From positions 64,001-128,000 of the IMG/VR virus record IMGVR_UViG_3300036790_000425: 64,000 bases of DNA. One strand, 5' to 3'. Origin of the DNA: a virus. The position numbers and the translations under genes were made by a program. The first letter of the stretch is position 1, and the number at the start of each line of letters is the position of its first letter. Positions 25,242 through 33,900 of the stretch are shown here, piece after piece. A model generated the notes under the pieces. That model saw only the letters and a list, made by a program, of their open reading frames with translations, did not search any database and was not told the DNA's origin.

Positions 25242-27284
25242 TTACCGGAGGATCTTCAGGTAGGCGGCGGCGTCCTGCGGGCTGGCCAGCTCGGCCGCCG
25301 GGGGCAGGGCCTTCATGATCTGCCTGCCGTACTGCTTGCTCCGCAGCCGCGGGTCCAGGATGGCGACCAGGCCGTTGTCATCGGCGTGCCGGATCAGCCG
25401 GCCGAAGGCCTGGGTCAGGACCAGGATCATGGCCGGGATGGTCAGCCGGTCGAAGCCCGCCCACCTGTTGTTGTACTTCTTGATCATCGCGTCCACCCGG
25501 GCCTGGTTCAGCAGGTCAGTGGGGACCGCGAACGGCAGCTTGTCGATGACGACCAGCCGCAGCGCCCTGCCCGGGATGTCGATGCCCTCGAAGAACGTCC
25601 GCAACCCGAACATCACCGCGTGACCGTTCTCGCGGAACTGGCGGACCATCTCGGGCGGCGGGTAGTCGTCCTGCCTCAGGACCAGCAGGCCCTGCGACCG
25701 GAAGTGGGCGGCCAGCGCCTGGTGAGACTCGTTCATGGCGCTGCGCGAGGTGAACAGCAGCAGGGCGCCGCCGCCGGAGGCGTCCACCAGCCCGCGGGTT
25801 GCCGCCTGGGCCGCTGCCCGCCACGACATCTGAGTCGGGCCGGCCGGCTCGGGGAAACCCTTGCCCGGAACGAACAGCCGGGACTGGACACGGAAGTTGA
25901 ACGGCGAGCCGGCGTCGAAGGTCAGCGCCTCGCCGGCGCTCAGGCCCAGGGTCTCGGCCAGGTAGCCGAAGTCCGGGCTGCCGTCGCGGAGCTGGCCGGT
26001 GGTCAGGGTCGCGCTGGACATGATGACCGGGAAGTTGTCCCACATGGCCGCCCGCAGGAACGGGGCCACGCTGACCGGGGCGGAGCGCAGGATCGACCTG
26101 GTGACCTGCCGGCCGCGGGACTCATACGTCATCCGCTCTACCCAGCGGACGGTCTTGCTGGCCTCGTCAGCGCTGAAGGCGAGCAGCCGCTCCATCCAGG
26201 TGTCGGTGCGCCGCATCAGGCGGGACCGGGTGATCTTGACATCGTCCCCCAGCGGGCGGGTGTTCTTGACCTCGGTGCGGGCGTTCTCGATGGCCTGGTA
26301 GACCGCGGCGATGCCGTCGCCCAGCTCGGTGATGATCCGGCTCGGGCTCAGCGGCATCGGGTCAGCCTTGCCGCGCTGCGACTCGATGAAATCGGCGTAA
26401 GCGTCGGTGATCGTGGCCCACAGACCGGTAACGGCTACCTCGATGTCCCGGCCGAAGTCGGTGTCCATGCCGGTCTCCATGCTCAGGTAGCCGTCAATCT
26501 CACGGGCCATCCGGATCAGGGTGCCGTCGGAGATCGTGTCCTCCAGGGCGCTGGTCGCAGCATCAGGCAGGGTGTGCCCCTCGTCCACGGCCAGCGCGCC
26601 GATCTCGCCCAGCAGCGCGACGTTGCCGCCGGACTTCAGCCGCAGCACCAGGTCCTGCATCAGCATGGCGGTGTTGGTGACCACGATGTCCGCGGTCTCG
26701 GCCCTGGCCTTGGCCCGCTCCGCGAAGCACGTCCGGGCGAAGGGGCAGTCCTTCTTGCCAGGGCACTCCGCGGACGACATCGAGAACGGGATCCAGTCCT
26801 GGTTGGACAGGGCAGGGAAGTCCTCGCGGTCGATGACCTCGCCGGCCTTCACGGCCTCGTCGGTGCTCAGCTCGGCCATCCGGGCGAGGACCCCGCGCTG
26901 CACGGCAGTCGGGGTCTTCATGCCGGCGGCCTTGGCCTGGCACGGGTAGTTGGCGCGGCCCTTCAGCGCGGCGAAGGTGAACTGGATGCCCAGGTGCTCG
27001 GCCAGGAACGGCAGGTCCTTGCCGGTGTACTGGTTCTGGAGCGCCTTGGTGGCGGTCGCCACGACCGAGCGCATGCCGGTCTCCCGGGCGCGGATGATCA
27101 GCGGGATCAGGATGGCCAGCGACTTGCCGGTGCCGGTGCCCGCCTGCATCAGGCCGGGGCACTCACCGGACAGGGCCTGCTCGATCTGCTCCGCCAGCGC
27201 AAGCTGGGTGGCGCGGGGCGAGTAGCCCGGAAGGCTTGCCGCGAGGGCATCCTGGGCGTCTGCGAAATTCCTGGGCGTATCCAT
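25242..27284 (-). CDS. dinG: DinG/YoaA-family Fe-S helicase
   Basis: R..Q, AGTGTGKS, ATATKALQ.Q, LKGR.NY.C, CPGKKDCPF..C, VDEGH, SATL, LFTS, FFEGID, KLPF, QAFGRLIR. Confidence 0.92.
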   Translation of the reverse strand: MDTPRNFADAQDALAASLPGYSPRATQLALAEQIEQALSGECPGLMQAGTGTGKSLAILIPLIIRARETGMRSVVATATKALQNQYTGKDLPFLAEHLGIQFTFAALKGRANYPCQAKAAGMKTPTAVQRGVLARMAELSTDEAVKAGEVIDREDFPALSNQDWIPFSMSSAECPGKKDCPFARTCFAERAKARAETADIVVTNTAMLMQDLVLRLKSGGNVALLGEIGALAVDEGHTLPDAATSALEDTISDGTLIRMAREIDGYLSMETGMDTDFGRDIEVAVTGLWATITDAYADFIESQRGKADPMPLSPSRIITELGDGIAAVYQAIENARTEVKNTRPLGDDVKITRSRLMRRTDTWMERLLAFSADEASKTVRWVERMTYESRGRQVTRSILRSAPVSVAPFLRAAMWDNFPVIMSSATLTTGQLRDGSPDFGYLAETLGLSAGEALTFDAGSPFNFRVQSRLFVPGKGFPEPAGPTQMSWRAAAQAATRGLVDASGGGALLLFTSRSAMNESHQALAAHFRSQGLLVLRQDDYPPPEMVRQFRENGHAVMFGLRTFFEGIDIPGRALRLVVIDKLPFAVPTDLLNQARVDAMIKKYNNRWAGFDRLTIPAMILVLTQAFGRLIRHADDNGLVAILDPRLRSKQYGRQIMKALPPAAELASPQDAAAYLKILR

Positions 27285-27337
27285 CAGATGTCCTCCCGAA
27301 GTGTCACTTCCGCCCTTCCGGCCGGAGCGGTAGTCCC

Positions 27338-27399
27338 ATTCTATTGGCAAGGAACCCTATAGCGCAAGCTGAATGAGGTAGCAACCAACCTTGTATCAT
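27338..27399. promoter_or_regulatory. Back-to-back promoters for dinG (-) and the SNF2 gene (+), each with a box variant
   Basis: Minus: TTGCGC-N18-TAGAAT. Plus: TAGCAACCAACCTTG-TATCAT-N6-GTG. Confidence 0.7.
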
Positions 27400-27405
27400 C
27401 AGAGG

Positions 27406-28992
27406 GTGACAGCCGTGGCGGAGGCAGAGACGGGCTGGCCGGACGGGGTGCTGTTCTGGCCCCCGCGCCAGATTCCCTACCAGACCGACTACATCACCCG
27501 CATGTACCTCATGCGCCAGGCCCTGCTCGCGGCCGACCTCGGGACCGGCAAGACCGTGATGTCCCTGGGGGTGGCCGGCCTGGCGATGGAGGACGGCGAC
27601 ATCGACCTGGTGCTGGTCGTCTGCGAGCGCAACAAGCTCAGCGAGTGGAAGGCCGACTTCGGTACCTTCACCCGGATCCCGGCCGAGGTCTACCACGGCC
27701 CCCGCCGCAGGCGGCTGCTGGAGGGCCCGCTCCCGGCCGCGGTGATCACCACCTACGAAACCTGCCGCGACGACGTGGCCGTCTTCCCGCCGAGGAAGTC
27801 CAGGGCCCGGACCCTGTCCCCCGGGCCGCTCATGGACGCGCTGCGGGGCCGCCGGGTGCTGGTCATCTACGACGAGGTGACTAAGCTCGGCAACCGGTCG
27901 AGCAACCTCTACAAGGGGCACTTCTGGATGCTCGGTCAGCTCCGGAAAGAGGACCCGGGCCTGCGGGTCATCGGGATGAGCGCCACGCCGATGGACACCG
28001 GGTTCGAGAACATCTTCAACGAGATGCGGGTGATCGCGCCGCAGGCCATGCCGAAAGTCACCGAGTTCAGCCGGCGCTGCATCCGCAGCCGGCACCCGAA
28101 ATACGGCACCCCGAGCTACAGCGATGAGGGCGTGGCCTGGTTCCGGTCGCTGGCCGAGCCGTGGATCCTGCGCAAGCGCAAGAGCGACCCGGACGTACGC
28201 GAGTTCTTCCCGCCGCTCACCGAGCGGTTCATCCGGCTGGACATGGGACCGCGGCAGCTGGACGCCTACCGGGCGCTGGAGGACCTGTCCTGGGACGAGG
28301 AGGGGAACTTCCGCGACGTGCCGGGGCTGGCCACGGCGCTGCGCCAGCTGGCCGGGGATCCCTGGGCCATCCTGGAGGGCGCCCGGACCGGCAGCTCACC
28401 GCTGACGAAGATGGTGGCTGAGCAGGACGTGATGGGCGCGGAGCTGGAGCGCTGCTCATCCGCCAAGGCCGACGAGCTGGCCCGGCTGTGCGACCTGGTG
28501 ATGTCCTCGGGCGGCAAGCTGCTGGTGTTCACGTTCTTCGGCCAGAGCGTGCTGCCCGCGCTCGCCCGCCGGCTGGGAGACCGGCCGGTCTGGACCTACC
28601 ACGGCGGCCAGTCCACCAGGGAGCAGGACCGGAGCCGGCTGGCCTTCCGCGGGCACCACGGAGGCGGGATCCTGCTCGCCTCTGACGCCGGGGCGCGGGG
28701 CATCAACCTCCCCGAGGCGTCCTACGTCGTCAATTACGACGTGCCCCGCACGCACGCGCTGGCCCAGCAGCGGGCCGGCCGGGGGCACCGGCTGGGGAAG
28801 GAGGACCCGCTGACCGTGATCACCTTCATCCTGGAGCACACGCTGGAAACCCGGTCCTCGATCCCGACCCTGCTGCGGCGCAACCGGCAGCAGGACTACA
28901 TTCTCGGGGACGAGGGTGCCGAGGGCCACGTGAGCGCCGCGGACCGCGCCCTAATGTTCGCCCAGTCCCGCCCCAGGAGGCCCCTCGCATGA
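27406..28992 (+). CDS. SNF2-family helicase
   Basis: YQ, ADLGTGKT, ITTYE, IYDEVT, MSATP, LVFT.F, SDAGARGINL, NYDVP, QRAGR.HR. Confidence 0.9.
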   Translation: MTAVAEAETGWPDGVLFWPPRQIPYQTDYITRMYLMRQALLAADLGTGKTVMSLGVAGLAMEDGDIDLVLVVCERNKLSEWKADFGTFTRIPAEVYHGPRRRRLLEGPLPAAVITTYETCRDDVAVFPPRKSRARTLSPGPLMDALRGRRVLVIYDEVTKLGNRSSNLYKGHFWMLGQLRKEDPGLRVIGMSATPMDTGFENIFNEMRVIAPQAMPKVTEFSRRCIRSRHPKYGTPSYSDEGVAWFRSLAEPWILRKRKSDPDVREFFPPLTERFIRLDMGPRQLDAYRALEDLSWDEEGNFRDVPGLATALRQLAGDPWAILEGARTGSSPLTKMVAEQDVMGAELERCSSAKADELARLCDLVMSSGGKLLVFTFFGQSVLPALARRLGDRPVWTYHGGQSTREQDRSRLAFRGHHGGGILLASDAGARGINLPEASYVVNYDVPRTHALAQQRAGRGHRLGKEDPLTVITFILEHTLETRSSIPTLLRRNRQQDYILGDEGAEGHVSAADRALMFAQSRPRRPLA

Positions 28993-29321
28993 ATCAGCGC
29001 CTGATGGATATCGGTGCCGAGAAGGTCAGGACCGCGATCGAGAACCTGCCGGTCATGCAGGTGGTCCGTGACCAGATCGAGTGGGAGGTCATCCCGCTGG
29101 TCGGCGCGAGCGGCCTGCTGCTGTGCATCCCGATGATCTGCATGCCGATCCCTGGCTCCGAGGACTACGTGCTGCACACCGGGATGCCGGGCTTTGACCC
29201 GCACACCGACCAGGCCGAGGTGGATCACGTCATCCGGACGGTCACCGAGGGCGTGCAGAAGGACTGCGACCAGCGCCGGGCCCGGACCAACGGGTCCGGG
29301 CTGTGGAAGCCGGGCAGCTAG
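28989..29321 (+). CDS. Hypothetical protein
   Basis: ATGA-coupled to the SNF2 gene. Confidence 0.65.
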   Translation: MNQRLMDIGAEKVRTAIENLPVMQVVRDQIEWEVIPLVGASGLLLCIPMICMPIPGSEDYVLHTGMPGFDPHTDQAEVDHVIRTVTEGVQKDCDQRRARTNGSGLWKPGS

Positions 29322-30919
29322 TCCACCAGGTACTGGATGACCTGGCCAGCTGAGCCCGCCGCGCCCGCCGAGCCCGTGCCGTGACCGGAGCCCGCCGCGC
29401 CGGGGGCCACCGTGACCGAGCCGCCGCCGGAGATCACGGCCGTGGTGATCAGCACGGCGACACCGCCGCCGCCCCCTCCGCCGCCCCCGACGTTTCCGGT
29501 GATCGGGGTCGCCCCGCTGCCGCCCTGGGCCGAGATGACGCCGTTGTTCAGCAGGGTCCTGGCCAGGATTACCAGCGCTCCGCCGCCTGATCCCCCGCCG
29601 CCTCCGGAGTTGGTCCCGTCACCCGAGCCGGCCCCGCCGCCCGCGCCGCCACCGAGGAGGGCGAGCTGGCCGGCCCACAGCGCCAGGCCGCTCAGGGCGT
29701 TGTAAGGGATCTGCCACGGCGTGTTCGAGGGCGAGCCCGCCACGGTGCCGCCGGCGCCTCCTGCGCCCTTTGCGGGACTCGATCCGCCGTGGCCGCCGGC
29801 GCCGGCGGCCAGCGAGGCCATTGCCGCTGCCGCCGCCCCGGCATTGACAGTCCCGGACGCAGCCGCTCCGGCCAGGTACATCAGCGAGCCGGCGAGGCTG
29901 CCCGGGCTGGACCCGGACCCGTTCGCGCCGGAGTTGGTGATCGTGCCGTTGTTGACCACCGGCCCGTTCACCTGGAGCGGCAGCCCGGCGGTGTCCAGGG
30001 TGACACCGGAGTTGACCGTCAGGCCGGACGGCGGGTTGGCCAGGAAGGCCGCCGTCAGCGTGTAGGTGCTGCCGGCCAGGGTCATGCCCGAGTGCGTGGT
30101 AGTGCCGTCCAGGGTGATGGCCCCGGCCGAGCCGGACCCGAAGATCCCGTAGAACGAGATGGCGTTCGGGGCGTCCAGCGTGCCCGGGACGACGACGGTA
30201 TCCCCGGGCGTGCCCAGCACCACCGTGCCCGGAGTCGGGGCGCTGGCGCCCGCTCCGACAGCCGTGGAGCCGTCCCCGGAGGCGTTGGCCCCGGCACCGA
30301 GCGCGGTCGAGCTGTCGCCGGCCACCGTGGCGCCGTTGCCGATCGCGGTCGAGCCCGTGCCGTTCGCCTGGGTCGCCGCCCCGAGCGCGGTGCCCTGGGC
30401 GCCCGGCGCGGTCGCCCGCTGGCCGAGTGCGACCCCGCTGGCCCCGGCTGCCTGGGCCGCCTGGCCGACGGCCGTGGCGTTGGCGCTGCTCGCTGACGCT
30501 CCCTGGCCGATCGCGGTGGCCGCTGCCGCGCTCGCGGCCGAGGTGTCCCCGAAGGCCGAGGAGGCCGCGCCCGCGGCGGTCGCCGCGTTGCCGAGCGCGG
30601 TCGAGCTAGTCCCGCTGCCCGGGAAGGTCAGCTGTACCGAGGTAGCACCGGAAACCTGCACGTCGATATCGGAGAAGACCTTCGAGGACTCACCGGACGG
30701 CTGCGCCTGGACGTCCACCCGCTGCGGGGCGTCCAGGTAGAAGTCGATGATGCCGTCCGGGGTGATCCACGGATTGGCCAGCAGGCTCGCGCCCTGGTCA
30801 TCGGAGTAGACGGGCATCCCGATCGGGCTGGTCGTGCCGCTCTCGAACACCGTGACAGTGGTACCCGGCAGCAGGTTCCCCTCGTCGTCCTGGACCGGGG
30901 CCCGGTAGTGCGCAAGCAT
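29318..30919 (-). CDS. Tail fibre-like protein with YadA-head-type 14-aa repeats and a Gly-rich C-terminus
   Basis: N-terminal LANP..T..G.IDFY adaptor-like segment, about 9 repeats of S/A-T-A-[LIV]-G, then poly-Gly tracts. Confidence 0.75.
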   Translation of the reverse strand: MLAHYRAPVQDDEGNLLPGTTVTVFESGTTSPIGMPVYSDDQGASLLANPWITPDGIIDFYLDAPQRVDVQAQPSGESSKVFSDIDVQVSGATSVQLTFPGSGTSSTALGNAATAAGAASSAFGDTSAASAAAATAIGQGASASSANATAVGQAAQAAGASGVALGQRATAPGAQGTALGAATQANGTGSTAIGNGATVAGDSSTALGAGANASGDGSTAVGAGASAPTPGTVVLGTPGDTVVVPGTLDAPNAISFYGIFGSGSAGAITLDGTTTHSGMTLAGSTYTLTAAFLANPPSGLTVNSGVTLDTAGLPLQVNGPVVNNGTITNSGANGSGSSPGSLAGSLMYLAGAAASGTVNAGAAAAAMASLAAGAGGHGGSSPAKGAGGAGGTVAGSPSNTPWQIPYNALSGLALWAGQLALLGGGAGGGAGSGDGTNSGGGGGSGGGALVILARTLLNNGVISAQGGSGATPITGNVGGGGGGGGGVAVLITTAVISGGGSVTVAPGAAGSGHGTGSAGAAGSAGQVIQYLVD

Positions 30920-30942
30920 GTCGCCTCCTACTGCTTCCCCGG

Positions 30943-33900
30943 CTACAGCGCCACGGCGATCTGCTGATAGACCGCGACCAGCCCGCTCGCGCCGGACCCG
31001 CCGCCGGCCTCGATGGACCTCCAGGTCCCGATCGTGGCCGCGTCAGTGAACTGCGAGCTGGGGAGGGGCGGGGTGGTATCCGCGTGCCACCAGTACATCC
31101 ACGCCTCAACCGGGTAGGGAGAGACCGCGCCGCCGCCTGGCGGGAAGGCCGTGGTCAGGTAGGCCGCGTCCAGCTGAAGCCGGGCGTTGCGGGCCGCGTC
31201 TCCCACCGCGTCGGAAATGCCGTACTCGTAGATCCCCAGCGGCCTGACGGTGCCGACCACCGAGGTGCTGGTCACCACCGAGAGCCACGCTGCCCACTCG
31301 CTGTTATTGGCCAGTCCCCTGCTGGTCCAGTTCGATCCCGAGGGGCCGTCCTGACCCTGGTAGATGTCCACGGAGAAGTAATCGACATACGGGCCGAGCC
31401 CGCGCAGGTAGTTCCCGGCCGCCGTGTCCGCCGACCGCCCGGGGCCGTACTTGTAGGCCTCCGCGCACATGGCGATCTTGACGTTGGACCCGGCATGCGC
31501 ACGAATCAGCGTGCTCTGGCTCTTGAACTCGCTGACGAAGACCGAGCCCGAGCTGTAGTCGTTCTCCGGCTCGTGGTGGTAGATCATGACTACCTGGCGG
31601 CCAGCCGGGATCGAGGCGATGTAGCTGGCCACGTTGGTGTTCTGGGTCTTGTAGGAAACCAGGATGACCACGCCGGAGGGCGTGCCGTCCGGGTCGAACG
31701 TGGCCGGCAGGGCACCCGGGTAGTACATCCGGTGCGTCTGACCCGGGCCGATCGCGCTGTTCGCTGCCGTCCAGCCGCCCTTAGGCACGTCAAACCCGAT
31801 GAGCTGGGCGGCCCGGGCCCCCTGGGTAGCCCCGATCAGCGAGTAGCCGCCCGTGCCCAGGTAGATCAGGTCCGTGACGGCCTTGCGCGCTGCCCGGCGG
31901 GCAGCGAAGAACTGGAGGACATAGCTCAGGAACGCCTGGCCCTGCGCGGCGGTGTACTTCGAGCGGTCCACCCCGAAACCCGCCAGGCCCAGCGGCTTCC
32001 CGTGCGCGTCCGCGAAGTTGCTGACCACGGCGAGCGTGTCGCCGCCGGACCCCGGCGCCGGGCCGGTGCACCAGAAGTACGGCATGATCACGTCCGCCAG
32101 GCCGTCGCCCGGGTACCAGGCGGCCAGGGCGCCGGCCGTGATCGAGGCGTTGTCGATCGTGAAGACGTGCTCATAGCCGGCCTGACGGATGGCGGTGACG
32201 TAGTCCGGCAGGATCGCGAGGTAGGCCGCCGGGCTGGTGAAGGACTTGTCAGGCCCGGCCCAGATCGAGACTGAGCACTCCAGCTCGCCGTCCTGGCAGG
32301 AGTTGAGGAACGCGGTCAGCTTCTGCGGGGTAGTCGTGGCGTCCGGCCGGAAGTCAATCAGCACCCGGCGGCCGGCGGCGGCATCGGCGGCGAACGGGGA
32401 CGCGGCCAGGCTGGCCGGGACCTGGTTGCCCAGGGCGTAGCGCCGGGCCGGCACCGGCTCGCCGGTCGCTGCCGCCCAGGCGGCGATCGAGGGGTCACTG
32501 CCGGGCACCGGGCCGAGGTCCACGCCGAGAGCCGGGGCCGGGGCGGCGATAGTGAGCCCCGCCGCGGTGAGACCGAAGCCCGCTGTAAGCGCCGCGGCGC
32601 CCGAGAACGTGGTGCCGGTCGCGGCCGGGTAGTCATCGCCGTAGGTGTCGCAGTAGGTGTCGGTGTAGATGTCGCCGCCGTCGGCCAGGGCGTAGGTCTC
32701 GGTGTAGATGTCGGTGTAGATGTCGGTCCAGGTCTGCGGGCCGGGCAGCGCCGGGGCCGGAGGATGCCAGACCAGGGCGCTGCCCAGGGTGGCGTCCGGC
32801 GGGGGCAGCGGGGGCCCGGGGAAGTCGCCGGCCGGGTTCTGGATGCCGATGGCCTGGCGCACGCGGAAGAACCAGGTCTCCGGGACCGGGGAGCCGGACA
32901 TCTGCCAGCGGGGGTCGCCCTCTACCACGGTGTAGTGGTCCTGGGGCGCGATGTTCGGGCCGTGGCCGATCCCGGACGGCCGCGGGATGATGCCGTGCGG
33001 CCAGGTGACGTACCACGGCCGGATGGCCAGCGCGCCGACGGATACGCCCGGCCGGTAGGCCGACACCCGCCAGCACAGCTGGGTGCCCTGCCCGGGATCA
33101 GGCGGCGGGAAGGTGATCGCGCCGCGGGGGTTGTTGCGGATGTCGTAGGCCGCCTGCCAGTCCTGCCCGCCGTCGTTGGAGAACTCCCACACCAGCGCGT
33201 CCTCGAAGACGCTGATGTTGTCCACGTCCCAGGTGTCGGATGTCGAGTCCTTCTGGATCAGCCGGACGCTCACGGTCGAGCCCAGCGGGATCACTGAGGT
33301 GTCCATCTCGTCCCACGTCGGCGCCGCCGCGGCGATCGCCGCCCAGGTGGCGTAGGCGGTCTCCTCGTCCGCCCAGGTGTTGGCGGACAGCTCGCCCGTG
33401 CCCAGCGTGAAGCCGGCGAACCACTCGGTGACCGTGCCGCCGGCCACCATCTGCTCCTCTTCCGCGATGACCGCGCCGGTCGCGCCGTCCAGGAGCTGGA
33501 GGTACAGCGGGGCGGTCAGCGCGACCGGCGAGAATACCCGGGCCGCGACGTAGAGCCGGCCGGCGGCGGTGGTAGGCACCGGGTCCCCGGCGTAGGCGAT
33601 GCCGCCCATCGCGGAGGTAACCGGCGGCAGCCCGAAGTCATACCAGGACGGGAACTGGGCCTCGACGTCGGCCCAGCTGGCGTAGGTGCTCTCCAGCCAC
33701 GCCCAGCTGGCTGGCTGGAAGACGGTGTCCTGGCTGGGCGAGCCCTGGCCGCGGGAGACGGCGACCATGCTGCCGAGCTGCGAGCTGACCTGGCTCGGCG
33801 CGAGCGGCAGCGCGTCCCCGACCGGGATCCACCCGGCGAAGCCGCCCTGGCTGAAGTCCGGGTCGCTCAGCAGCTGCACCGGGTCGGACTGAACGGTGGC

